NCBI GenBank assembly: GCA_002721445.1
Contig: PBKN01000009.1
Span: 16,242-80,241 of the forward strand
Origin: Chloroflexota bacterium
GTDB taxonomy: Bacteria > Chloroflexota > Dehalococcoidia > Lucifugimonadales > GCA-002723415
DNA: 64,000 bases
Direction: 5' to 3'
Shown: positions 29,047-38,695 of the stretch, one piece after another
How positions within the stretch are numbered: position 1 is the stretch's first letter
Layout: every line of letters begins with the position of its first letter
Position numbers and translations under genes: made by a program
The notes under the pieces: model-generated
Databases searched by the model: none
What the model saw: the letters and a program-made list of their open reading frames with translations, nothing else
What the model was told of the DNA's origin: nothing

Positions 29047-30855
29047 ATGACATCTTTCCCGTTACAAATATCTAGACCGATTCACCCAACTGGAATTTGG
29101 AATTGGATTACAACAATTGATCATAAAAAAATTGGAATTTTATATGGCGTATCAGCATTTATACTATTTATAATTGGTGGTATAGAAGCTATGCTTATGC
29201 GTGCACAATTAGCGTCATCAAACTTAAAAATAATTGATCCAGAGCTATACAACCAATTATTTACTATGCATGGTACTACAATGATATTTTTGGCTATTAT
29301 GCCTATGGGAGCAGCCTTTTTCAACTATCTCATACCACTTCAAATTGGAGCAAGAGATGTTGCTTTTCCCAGATTAAATGCATTTAGTTATTGGACTTTT
29401 TTAGCAGGAGCGATAATATTAAATGCTAGTTGGTTTTTAGGAGGCGCCCCAAATGCTGGATGGTTTGGATATGCACCAATTACTGGTAAAGCCTATAATG
29501 TGGGACATGGGATTGATTTCTGGATCATAAGTTTACAAGTGCTTGGAATAGCTTCATTAGCTGCAGCATTTAATTTTATTGTCACAATAATAAATATGCG
29601 TGCTCCAGGTATGACTTTTTCTAGATTACCAGTTTTCACATGGATGTCCTTTATTACAGCTATATTGCTCGTATTAGCTTTTCCTGTAATTACTGTAGCT
29701 TTAATAGAATTACAATTTGATAGGTTTTATGGTACAAATTTCTTTATAACTTCTGCTGGTGGAAATCCTATTTTATGGCAACATTTATTTTGGGTATTTG
29801 GGCATCCAGAAGTCTATATTTTGATTTTACCTGCAATGGGAATAGTATCAGAAATATTACCAACTTTTTCTAAAAAACCTTTATTTGGTTATCCAGTTGT
29901 TATTCTTTCTGGAATAATTATAGGTTTTATGGGATGGATGGTTTGGAGCCACCATATGTTTACAGTAGGTCTAGGCCCAGTCGCAAACTCAGTTTTTGCT
30001 CTAACCACAATGGCAATAGCAATACCTACTGGTGTGAAAATATTTAATTGGTTAGGAACTTTGTGGAAAGGTTCATTAACGCTTAATACTCCTATGCTTT
30101 ATGCTATTGGATTTATATTAACATTTACAATTGGTGGCATTAGTGGAGTTATGCATTCACAAGCAGCATCAGACGCACAGCAACAAGATACATACTTTAT
30201 TGTTGCTCATATTCACTATGTACTTTTCGGAGGTAGCCTAATTGCAATATTAGGTGGCATATATTATTGGTTTCCAAAATTTACAGGGAGAATGTATGAC
30301 GAAAAAATGGGTAAACTAGGATTCTATGCCTTCTTCATTGCAATGCAGATTACTTTCTTCCCAATGCATTTTACTGGATTAAACGGTATGCCGAGAAGAA
30401 TATATACTTATGGAAGTGAATATGGATGGGATTTCTGGAATTTGATTTCAACTATAGGTGTACTTTTACTTGCCATTTCTATGGTGATATTTATTTATAA
30501 TATTGTGTCCAGTTGGATTGGTGGCGAAAAAGCTTCAGGTGACCCTTGGGATGCAAGAACATTGGAATGGTCAATTTCATCACCACCTCCTGAATATAAT
30601 TTTGCAGTGATTCCAACTATTGAATATAGAGATGATTGGTGGGAGAAAAAGATGCTTGGAAAAACCTCAGAAGAAATTACATCTGACGATGTTCATTTAC
30701 CACAACCATCTTACTGGCCTTTTATCGCATCATTAGGTTTATTAATTGCTGGATTTGGAATAATCCTAAGCATTCCTGTGGCAATATTAGGTGCCTCAAT
30801 TACTATGATTGGTGTTTATGCTTGGTCTTTTGAACCAGTTAATGACCCTCATTAA
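29047..30855 (+). CDS. ctaD: cytochrome c oxidase subunit I
   Basis: LFWVFGHPEVYILILPAMG, HHMFTVG, 602 aa. Confidence 0.9.
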   Translation: MTSFPLQISRPIHPTGIWNWITTIDHKKIGILYGVSAFILFIIGGIEAMLMRAQLASSNLKIIDPELYNQLFTMHGTTMIFLAIMPMGAAFFNYLIPLQIGARDVAFPRLNAFSYWTFLAGAIILNASWFLGGAPNAGWFGYAPITGKAYNVGHGIDFWIISLQVLGIASLAAAFNFIVTIINMRAPGMTFSRLPVFTWMSFITAILLVLAFPVITVALIELQFDRFYGTNFFITSAGGNPILWQHLFWVFGHPEVYILILPAMGIVSEILPTFSKKPLFGYPVVILSGIIIGFMGWMVWSHHMFTVGLGPVANSVFALTTMAIAIPTGVKIFNWLGTLWKGSLTLNTPMLYAIGFILTFTIGGISGVMHSQAASDAQQQDTYFIVAHIHYVLFGGSLIAILGGIYYWFPKFTGRMYDEKMGKLGFYAFFIAMQITFFPMHFTGLNGMPRRIYTYGSEYGWDFWNLISTIGVLLLAISMVIFIYNIVSSWIGGEKASGDPWDARTLEWSISSPPPEYNFAVIPTIEYRDDWWEKKMLGKTSEEITSDDVHLPQPSYWPFIASLGLLIAGFGIILSIPVAILGASITMIGVYAWSFEPVNDPH

Positions 30856-30885
30856 TATATTTAAAATAAGATAGGAAATAAAATT

Positions 30886-31626
30886 TTGTCTGAACCGAAT
30901 AACCATTCAACACATGAAGATACGACAACAGGATTAAATCATAGAAAACTTTTAATGTGGGCCTTTTTAGGTTCTGACTGTATGTTTTTTGCTTCTTTAA
31001 TAGCAACATATTTAGTTTACAAAGGGAAAAGTGTAACTGGTCCTGATCCAATAGACCTTTTCTCAATTCCAGTAACATCCGTAAGTACTTTTGTGTTATT
31101 AATGAGTAGTATGAGCATGGTTTTAGCTTATGCCGCACTTACTAAAGGAAGCTTAAAAGGATTTAGAGTCTGGATGTTATCTACAGCAATTATGGGTATG
31201 ACTTTTTTAGGATTTCAAGTCTTTGAATTTAGAGACTTCACAGTTAACGAAGTAAAAATAAGTTGTGAGGAAAATAGTCCAAAATATATAGAGCTTGAAA
31301 GCAAATTATCCAGTAAACAAAAATCTGATTATAAAAAACAATGTGCTGATGGTATAGAAGAAGCACACGTAGAATTTGGTATGACTCCAAGAACAAATTT
31401 ATTTGGTACTACATTCTTTGTACTTACAGGGTTCCATGGAGCTCATGTGACCCTTGGAGTTATATGGTTATTATCACTATTCTTTTACTCATTTAAACGT
31501 GGTGCTGTTTCAGCAGAAAGACATCTAGATGTAGATTTAGCAGCTTTATATTGGCACTTCGTTGATATTGTATGGATAGTAATATTTACTGTAGTATATT
31601 TATTTGGAGTTTATGAAGGTTTTTAA
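30886..31626 (+). CDS. ctaE: cytochrome c oxidase subunit III
   Basis: FFVLTGFHGAHVTLG, YWHFVDIVWI. Has an extra loop of about 35 aa (about 31246..31380). TTG start. Confidence 0.8.
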   Translation: MSEPNNHSTHEDTTTGLNHRKLLMWAFLGSDCMFFASLIATYLVYKGKSVTGPDPIDLFSIPVTSVSTFVLLMSSMSMVLAYAALTKGSLKGFRVWMLSTAIMGMTFLGFQVFEFRDFTVNEVKISCEENSPKYIELESKLSSKQKSDYKKQCADGIEEAHVEFGMTPRTNLFGTTFFVLTGFHGAHVTLGVIWLLSLFFYSFKRGAVSAERHLDVDLAALYWHFVDIVWIVIFTVVYLFGVYEGF

Positions 31627-31637
31627 GGTGTTTTTAT

Positions 31638-31928
31638 ATGATTAATGAAGAAACTTCCAACCACCCTACCCCTAAAACATATGTTTTAACTGCATTAATA
31701 CTTTCTGTTCTTACTGCAATTGAAGTAGGTATTTTCTATATAACTTCATTAGGTTACTGGATGATTCCAATATTAGCTATATTATCTATTGGAAAATTTG
31801 CTTTAGTTGTTATGGTTTATATGCACCTCAAATATGAAACAAAGCTATTTACTATATTATTTCTATCAGGATTATTACTAGCAACAGCTGTAGTATTTGC
31901 ATTAATGATTTTATTCAGATCATTTTAA
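31638..31928 (+). CDS. ctaF: cytochrome c oxidase subunit IV (prokaryotic CtaF-type)
   Basis: 96 aa, three TM helices. The position after ctaE matches the Bacillus cta operon. Confidence 0.6.
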   Translation: MINEETSNHPTPKTYVLTALILSVLTAIEVGIFYITSLGYWMIPILAILSIGKFALVVMVYMHLKYETKLFTILFLSGLLLATAVVFALMILFRSF

Positions 31929-31968
31929 TCACTAAAAGTTAAACTAATCTATTCTGGAATAATTAGCT

Positions 31969-32760
31969 GTGAATTTATTTACATCCTCAATATTAACTAA
32001 TTGGCACCCACATCCTGAAGTTTTGATTTCTCTCACATTCATTGAATTATTTTATTTATTTCTTGTATATTATATTCCCAAAAATAATAAAGATATTACA
32101 CATAATTCATACGATACAACAATCTTTACCGCAGGCATTCTTATTTTACTAATAGCTTTAATATCTCCTATACATGAAATTAGCGACGGCTTTTTATTTA
32201 GTGCACATATGGTACAACACCTATTATTAACTTTAATTGCACCCCCTTTGTTAGTTATGAGTACCCCAGATTGGATGATTAGTCCAATATTTAAAATAAC
32301 ACCTATAAAAAATTTTCTAAAATTAATTACAAAGCCAATTATAGCTTTAAGTATTTTTACATTAATGTTTTCTATTTGGCATCTACCAAATTTGTACCAT
32401 ACTTCTGTAACCAATCATTACATACATATCAGTGAACATCTAATGTTCATGAGTACAGCAATTATTATGTGGATACCTATTTTCAGTAGAATTAATGAAT
32501 TACCAAAATTGTCATATTTACTTCAATTACCTTATATTTTTATATTATCAATAGGTCAAATATTAGTATTTGCTCCAATAACTTTCTCTAGTGAGCCTAT
32601 ATATCAATGGTATATTAATGCTCCTAGAATTTGGAATATTACACCTTTAACTGACCAACAACTTGGTGGTATCATAATGAAAGTAGGAAGTGGAGCAATA
32701 TTTTTGACTTTGATGATTATAGCATTTTTTAATTGGTATAAAGAAGAAAACCAAGTTTAA
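31969..32760 (+). CDS. ctaG: cytochrome c oxidase assembly factor CtaG (membrane caa3_CtaG type)
   Basis: Seven TM helices, HMVQHLLL motif. The position after ctaF fits. GTG start. Confidence 0.6.
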   Translation: MNLFTSSILTNWHPHPEVLISLTFIELFYLFLVYYIPKNNKDITHNSYDTTIFTAGILILLIALISPIHEISDGFLFSAHMVQHLLLTLIAPPLLVMSTPDWMISPIFKITPIKNFLKLITKPIIALSIFTLMFSIWHLPNLYHTSVTNHYIHISEHLMFMSTAIIMWIPIFSRINELPKLSYLLQLPYIFILSIGQILVFAPITFSSEPIYQWYINAPRIWNITPLTDQQLGGIIMKVGSGAIFLTLMIIAFFNWYKEENQV

Positions 32761-32786
32761 CAACTAAAATAAATAGGAGAAGACTA

Positions 32787-32996
32787 TTGAGTAAATCACT
32801 TTTAATGGCTATTCTTTTTCCATTATTATCAATAATTATTATTACAGCTTTTGCAGGGGGACTTGGTGTCACTTTTATGTTACTCGAACATTATATGCAT
32901 AGTGAAACAGGCATACTAATATTAGGCTCGTCTCTAGTAGTAGGGGTCCCAACTATTGCAGCTTTAATACAAAAGAAAATTGAAAAATCAGAATAA
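32787..32996 (+). CDS. small two-TM membrane protein in the cta cluster
   Basis: TTG start with AGGAG 7 nt upstream. 69 aa, two hydrophobic helices. Confidence 0.4.
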   Translation: MSKSLLMAILFPLLSIIIITAFAGGLGVTFMLLEHYMHSETGILILGSSLVVGVPTIAALIQKKIEKSE

Positions 32997-33016
32997 TATA
33001 TAATAAATTCGTTTCA

Positions 33017-33613
33017 ATTAATACTATAAAATTACTATATTTAACAATTTTTTTTTCTATAGTAACAGTTTCTATATCATGTAAAGCTATCAATAATGAA
33101 TTCTATGGAACAGAATTTAAAGATGCTCAAAAAGCATTCCCATTTAATTTAACTGATCAATATAATAACAAATTTAGTTTAAATAATACTAATGATATAA
33201 AAATAATTACTTTTTTATATTCAAACTGTACAGATATATGTCCAACTACTACACTCAAACTTAGAGAAATATATAATAATTTACATGAGTTTAAAAACAA
33301 GTTTAAAATTATAGTAATATCTGTAGATCCTGAAAATGATACACCAGAATCTACATTAAAATATTCACAAGCATATAAAATGTCAGACAAATGGGTTTTT
33401 TTAACTGGTCATCAAAGTCAATTATCGGAAATATGGGAAAAATATTATATATCTACGTGGATAACAACAAATAATAATCAGAACACATTCGATATAAATC
33501 ACGCAGCACCAATATATATTATTGATCAAAATCAAAATATAAAACTTTTACACACAGAACCTATAGTCGCTAAAGAAATTGTTCATGATATTAAATTATT
33601 AATTAATAAATAA
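33017..33613 (+). CDS. SCO1/SenC copper chaperone (thioredoxin fold) with non-canonical start
   Basis: Hand translation of the frame containing ORF 33380..33613 is open from 32984. It gives ...NTIKLLYLTIFFSIVTVSISC... (a lipoprotein-type signal) and FLYSNCTDICPTT (the CxxxCP motif). There is no ATG/GTG/TTG before 33380. Candidate starts are ATT 33017 or ATA 33026. Confidence 0.65.
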   Translation: MNTIKLLYLTIFFSIVTVSISCKAINNEFYGTEFKDAQKAFPFNLTDQYNNKFSLNNTNDIKIITFLYSNCTDICPTTTLKLREIYNNLHEFKNKFKIIVISVDPENDTPESTLKYSQAYKMSDKWVFLTGHQSQLSEIWEKYYISTWITTNNNQNTFDINHAAPIYIIDQNQNIKLLHTEPIVAKEIVHDIKLLINK

Positions 33614-33685
33614 ATACTACAAAACAATTTATCTATGCCTCTTCAAATATAAAGTAGAATCCAGAATTTAGTAGATTACAATTAA

Positions 33686-34045
33686 TTAAACTTTTAAAGC
33701 ATTTTTTGCTTGATCAATAAACACATTAAAGGTTTCGGGATCAGAAACAGCCAAAGTTGCTAACATTTTTCTATTTACGTCTACATTTGCAATTTTAAGA
33801 CCATGAATTAATTGGTTATAAGAAATACCATTAGCACGTGCAGCAGCATTGATTTTAATATTCCATAACCGTCTTAAATCATTTTTTTTCTTTCTTCTAT
33901 GAGCATAAGAATAGCTCAAAGCATGAAGTAAAGACTCTTTGGCACTTTTATATAATCTATGACGTACGCCTTGATGGCCTTTAGTCATTTTCAAAACTTT
34001 TTTATGTCTAGCTTTTCTAGTTGAACCTGCAGAAACTCTTGTCAA
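33686..34045 (-). CDS. rplT: 50S ribosomal protein L20
   Basis: Sequence typical of L20. TTG start with GGAGG 8 nt upstream. Confidence 0.9.
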   Translation of the reverse strand: MTRVSAGSTRKARHKKVLKMTKGHQGVRHRLYKSAKESLLHALSYSYAHRRKKKNDLRRLWNIKINAAARANGISYNQLIHGLKIANVDVNRKMLATLAVSDPETFNVFIDQAKNALKV

Positions 34046-34096
34046 TTGTATATCCTCCGAAATAATAAATTAAAATCAAATAAAAAAAGTATAAAA

Positions 34097-34300
34097 TTAA
34101 GATAATCCGTTAGGAAGCAATCTACTTATACGATCTTGATCAGCTGCATGTACAGGAAGTTTAGATGAAAATTGACGTTTAACTTTATTAGATTTTTTAC
34201 GTCTAAGGTGACTTCTATGACCTTTCATTCTTAATAATTTACCTGTACCAGAAATCTTAAATCTAGCAGCTGCTCCTTTATGTGTTTTAAGCTTTGGCAC
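34097..34300 (-). CDS. rpmI: 50S ribosomal protein L35
   Basis: MPKLKTHKGAAARFK... Overlaps the infC 3' end by 14 nt. Confidence 0.9.
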   Translation of the reverse strand: MPKLKTHKGAAARFKISGTGKLLRMKGHRSHLRRKKSNKVKRQFSSKLPVHAADQDRISRLLPNGLS

Positions 34301-34853
34301 TATTTAATTCCTTTGTTTTTTCAGATTTATCATTATTAGAAATTGGAGCTAGAATCATATAAATATTTCTTCCTTCAAATAAAGGAGGCTTATCCAATAA
34401 ACAATCATCAATTAAATCTTCAGCAACAGATCTTAATAATTTCATTCCTATATCAGGATGGGCCATTTCTCTTCCTCGAAATATAACACTAACTTTTACT
34501 TTATTACCTTGAGATAAAATTCTTTTTATCATTCTTATTTTTGCTGATCTATCATGTTCTCCAATTCTTGTTTTAAATCGGATTTCTTTAACTTCATTAG
34601 TTAAATTAGATTTACGAGATTTTCGAGCTTCTCTTTCTTTCCTTGTAGCTTTATATCTAAATTTACCATAATCTAATAATCTACATACAGGAGGTTTTGA
34701 CCCCGGTGCTACTTCAACTAAATCAAGATTTTTTGCATCAGCAAGGTCCAAAGCCCTTCTAAGAGTCATCACACCTAACTGTTCGCCTTTATCATCTATA
34801 ACTCTAACTTCAGGCACTTTTATATTTTCATTTGCTCTATAATCTCTAGCGAT
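34287..34853 (-). CDS. infC: translation initiation factor IF-3 (non-canonical ATC or ATA start)
   Basis: The conserved N-terminus (INIARDYRANENIKVPEVRVIDDKGEQLGV) extends upstream of the track's GTG. An in-frame TGA lies at 34863..34865. GAGG (34861..34864) is 7 nt before ATC 34853. ATA at 34859 is an alternative start. Confidence 0.85.
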   Translation of the reverse strand: MARDYRANENIKVPEVRVIDDKGEQLGVMTLRRALDLADAKNLDLVEVAPGSKPPVCRLLDYGKFRYKATRKEREARKSRKSNLTNEVKEIRFKTRIGEHDRSAKIRMIKRILSQGNKVKVSVIFRGREMAHPDIGMKLLRSVAEDLIDDCLLDKPPLFEGRNIYMILAPISNNDKSEKTKELNSAKA

Positions 34854-34947
34854 ATTTATACCTCACTGAAAATTCTAATACTTAAAATCGACTATAACAT
34901 ATGAATATTATACATATCAATAATATCACATAATAATATTATACTAT

Positions 34948-36705
34948 TTATTTTAATAAATCTCTATCTAAATGCAATTTATTTAATAAATCATCAAAAG
35001 GCATAACTCCTAAATCTTCTCCACTACGATGTCTAATAGAAATGTTATTAGATTCTACTTCTTTATCACCAATAATTAACATATAAGGTATTTTAGACAT
35101 TTGTGCCGATCTTATTTTTGCATTCATACGTTCTTTTTTAGTATTCACATCCACTCTAAATTCCGATGCACCTAATTTACTAGCCAGATTATTTGCATAA
35201 TCTATATGCCTATCAGCTATAGGAATAATCGAAACTTGAATTGGTGATAACCACAGAGGAAAGGCTCCTCCATAATGTTCAGTTAATACCCCTATAAACC
35301 TCTCTAAAGAACCTAATAAAGCTCTATGAATCATGTATGGCTGATGTGCATTACCATCCTCACCTATATAATTTAACCCAAAACGCTCTGGTAAATTAAA
35401 ATCAAATTGAACAGTTGTACATTGCCATAATCTACCAATAGCATCCTCTATGTTTATATCAATTTTAGGGCCATAAAATGCTCCTCCACCTTCATCAATT
35501 TGATAAGTTAACCCTCTTGAAATTAGTGTATTTTTTAATGATTCAATAGCTAAATCCCATCTAGCTATTTCTCCAACTGATTTTTCTGGCTTTGTTGAAA
35601 GCATAATTTCAAAATTTTCAAATCCAAAAGTTTTCATAAGATGAAATGTTAAATCTAATACTTTATTAATTTCATCTTCAATTTGATCAGGTCGGCAAAA
35701 GATATGAGCATCATCTTGTGTCATTCCTCGTACTCTAAGGAGTCCATGTAAAACACCTGCACGTTCATTACGATAAACAGAACCCAATTCACCAATTCTA
35801 ATAGGTAAATCACGATAACTTCTAATATCATTACGATAATACATAATATGAAAAGGGCAATTCATAGGTTTCAAATAATATTCTTGCCCATCCAAATCCA
35901 TTACTGGATACATGTTTTCTTTATAAAAATCTAAATGTCCACTTGTTTCCCATAAAGTAGATTTACCAATATGAGGTGTGTAAATTAAATCATAATTGTA
36001 TCTAATATGTTCCTTTTTCCAAAAATCTTCTATAGTAGAGCGAAGTTTAGACCCTTTTGGGTGCCAAATAATTAAACCTGGACCCAGCTCGTCTTGGTAA
36101 GAAAACAAATCTAATTGTTTAGCTAAATTTCTATGATCTCTTCTATTTGCTTCTTCAATTTTTTTTAAATGCTCATCTAATGCTTCATTAGATTCAAATG
36201 CTGTTCCATATATTCTCTGAAGCATAGGTTGATCTTCTTTACCTCTCCAATAAGCTCCAGCTACACTAAGCAATTTAAATGCAGGAATCATACCAGTGGA
36301 TTCTACATGTGGGCCACCACAAAGATCCTCAAAATCACCATGTTTATAAGTTGAAATAGGAACATCTTCAGCAATATCCTTAATAACATCTAATTTAAAA
36401 GGTTCATCTTTATGCATATCCAAAATTTCAGACCTTGAATATTCTGTATATTCAAATTTCAAATCTTGCTTCATTACTTTTATCATTTCAGTCTCAATTT
36501 TTTCCAAACTCTCGTCTGTAATTGGAGTTTCAACTTGAAAATCATAATAAAAACCATCTTTAGTTGGTGGACCAATTGCTAATTTAGTTTTAGGATAAAT
36601 TTTAGTAACAACATCAGCCATTATATGAGCTGTTGAATGTCTTATTTTCTCCCTATGTTTTTCTATAGAACTTTCATCTACAAATTCCATAGACTTTTCC
36701 TCCAA
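34948..36705 (-). CDS. thrS: threonine--tRNA ligase lacking the N-terminal TGS domain
   Basis: The editing-domain HxxxH (RHSTAHIMA) already appears at residues about 22-30. Class II motifs YRNERAG and G.LERF are present. GGAGG lies 8 nt before ATG 36705. Confidence 0.9.
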   Translation of the reverse strand: MEEKSMEFVDESSIEKHREKIRHSTAHIMADVVTKIYPKTKLAIGPPTKDGFYYDFQVETPITDESLEKIETEMIKVMKQDLKFEYTEYSRSEILDMHKDEPFKLDVIKDIAEDVPISTYKHGDFEDLCGGPHVESTGMIPAFKLLSVAGAYWRGKEDQPMLQRIYGTAFESNEALDEHLKKIEEANRRDHRNLAKQLDLFSYQDELGPGLIIWHPKGSKLRSTIEDFWKKEHIRYNYDLIYTPHIGKSTLWETSGHLDFYKENMYPVMDLDGQEYYLKPMNCPFHIMYYRNDIRSYRDLPIRIGELGSVYRNERAGVLHGLLRVRGMTQDDAHIFCRPDQIEDEINKVLDLTFHLMKTFGFENFEIMLSTKPEKSVGEIARWDLAIESLKNTLISRGLTYQIDEGGGAFYGPKIDINIEDAIGRLWQCTTVQFDFNLPERFGLNYIGEDGNAHQPYMIHRALLGSLERFIGVLTEHYGGAFPLWLSPIQVSIIPIADRHIDYANNLASKLGASEFRVDVNTKKERMNAKIRSAQMSKIPYMLIIGDKEVESNNISIRHRSGEDLGVMPFDDLLNKLHLDRDLLK

Positions 36706-36736
36706 AATTTAATTCATTAATTTATATAATTATATA

Positions 36737-37876
36737 TTATTCATCTTTTATAGATCCATCAGAATTCAACCTAGTTTCTACTTTTCTAATATTTGGCGGG
36801 TATTTTTCAGCTGCATCTTCATATAATTCCACACCTATTCCTGGAGAATCAGGAATAATAATAAATCCATCTTCTACTAATAAACTAGATTTTACAATTT
36901 CAGATTTTGGAGGTATATTCTCTCCATTGGGTAATTCTTGAATAGCAAAATTCGGAATACACGCAGCAAGTTGAATACAAGCAGCTGTACTAACTGGACT
37001 TAGTGGATTATGGGGAACTACATTCACATAATTAGCTTCAGCTAGTGCAGCAATTTTCTTACTATGAGAAATACCTCCAGCTAAACAAACATCCGGCCTT
37101 ACATATTGGACTGCTCCTCTTTTAAGCAACATATCAAATTCATGTATTGAATGGAATCTTTCACCCGTAGCTATAGGAATAGATATACGTTCTGCAACAA
37201 GGCCCATAGCATCAAAATTATCTGGTAAAATTGGATCCTCATAAAAAAGAGGGTGAAATTGCTCAATACCTCTAGCTAAAACAACTGCTTCAGCAGGATT
37301 TAACTTTCTGTGTATTTCTATACATAAGTCAACACTATTTCCAACCGCTTCTCTATAAGATCTAACAGTATCTATTGCATCATTAATCATATCAGCATGG
37401 GTTTTAAAATAAGGAATTTCACGAGATTCATCTAAAAATGGAGTTAAATGACCAACTGCTGTAAAACCTTGAGCTTTAGCATCAATAATACCATCAATTA
37501 ACTTTTGTTTTGTATTACCAAAAACATGATAATATACTCTAGCTTTATCACGTGTTTTTCCTCCTAACAACTGATACGAAGGTACTCCAAAATATTTTCC
37601 AGCTATGTCCCAAAGAGCTATATCTAAAGCACTTATAGCACCCATTATAGCAGCACCTCTAAAATGGCTAAATCTATACATATACTGCCAATGATGTTCA
37701 ATATTTAATGGATTTTTACCTAATAAATATCTAGAGAATTGATCAATAGCTGACTTAGAAGCTTCTAAAAATCCCCAAGCACCTGATTCTCCTAAACCAG
37801 TTAATCCTTCATCAGTATAAATTTTTACAAATAAATATCTATCTATTAATAATGGTTCTATTTTAGTTATTTTCAT
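36737..37876 (-). CDS. enolase-superfamily (mandelate racemase/muconate lactonizing) enzyme, acid-sugar dehydratase-like
   Basis: MKITKIE..L...YLFVKIYTDEGLTGLGE N-terminal capping domain. Barrel-domain acidic ligands (…EIHRKL…, …EDP…). Confidence 0.75.
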   Translation of the reverse strand: MKITKIEPLLIDRYLFVKIYTDEGLTGLGESGAWGFLEASKSAIDQFSRYLLGKNPLNIEHHWQYMYRFSHFRGAAIMGAISALDIALWDIAGKYFGVPSYQLLGGKTRDKARVYYHVFGNTKQKLIDGIIDAKAQGFTAVGHLTPFLDESREIPYFKTHADMINDAIDTVRSYREAVGNSVDLCIEIHRKLNPAEAVVLARGIEQFHPLFYEDPILPDNFDAMGLVAERISIPIATGERFHSIHEFDMLLKRGAVQYVRPDVCLAGGISHSKKIAALAEANYVNVVPHNPLSPVSTAACIQLAACIPNFAIQELPNGENIPPKSEIVKSSLLVEDGFIIIPDSPGIGVELYEDAAEKYPPNIRKVETRLNSDGSIKDE

Positions 37877-37885
37877 GTGAGACTC

Positions 37886-38626
37886 CTAAATATATAATAT
37901 ATCTATTAACATAATTAATGATGAAATTAATATAAACATGTAAATAAATCTTTCAAATATAATATTATTTAACCGTAAATTAATTTTATTACCAACTTTA
38001 AATCCAATAAATATAGTAGGAAAAACTGAAACAAGCAATACAAACAATTCAAAAGAAATTAAACTTGCAAAAACATACCCAATTAATGCAAACAACTGGA
38101 CTGACAACCCAAATATCGCTAAATATTTACGAAGAATATTCTTTTTTAGACCTGTTTTATTTAAAACTATTACTAATAAAGGAGTCCCGAGTCCTAAAGT
38201 CGTTATCAATATAGTAGTAATAAATGATGCGGGATAACGAAAATATTTACTTGCAGGTTGTCCATTTCCAATTTGTATAAAACCAATAATAGATATGACA
38301 ATAATAGCTAATAAAACGCTTACCTTCAAAGGTTCAACATCTATAGATGCAATTAATAATACTCCAAAAGGCACGCCTAATATTCCAAATATTAAAACTG
38401 GGGTTATTTCTTTTCTTTCAATTACTTCTTTAGTATTACGAATAATTAATAAAGCTAAATATATAGTAGTAAAGTTAATCAAAATAACTACAGTCTTAGT
38501 TTCAAAAATATTAATTAAAATAGGTATACTAATTAAACCAAGACCAAATCCACTAATTGTATATATAATTGAAGCAAAAAATAATGCTAAATGAGCAAGT
38601 AATATATCAATTAAACTTATATCCAA
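37886..38626 (-). CDS. TauE/SafE (DUF81) family anion permease
   Basis: 246 aa, about 8 TM helices, internally duplicated Gly-rich helices. Confidence 0.6.
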   Translation of the reverse strand: MDISLIDILLAHLALFFASIIYTISGFGLGLISIPILINIFETKTVVILINFTTIYLALLIIRNTKEVIERKEITPVLIFGILGVPFGVLLIASIDVEPLKVSVLLAIIVISIIGFIQIGNGQPASKYFRYPASFITTILITTLGLGTPLLVIVLNKTGLKKNILRKYLAIFGLSVQLFALIGYVFASLISFELFVLLVSVFPTIFIGFKVGNKINLRLNNIIFERFIYMFILISSLIMLIDILYI

Positions 38627-38695
38627 AATACTACCTATTGATGCTACAAATCTATATACAAATATTCAAAAAATGATTTTATTTATCCAATTGTT

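Noticed and set aside
33157-33390. The 77-aa minus-strand ORF, and the track's 77-aa plus-strand ORF 33380..33613 treated as an independent gene.
   Set aside because: The plus-strand frame is continuous from 32984 and encodes a full SCO1/SenC protein. The minus-strand ORF is antisense to it, and 33380..33613 is only the C-terminal part.
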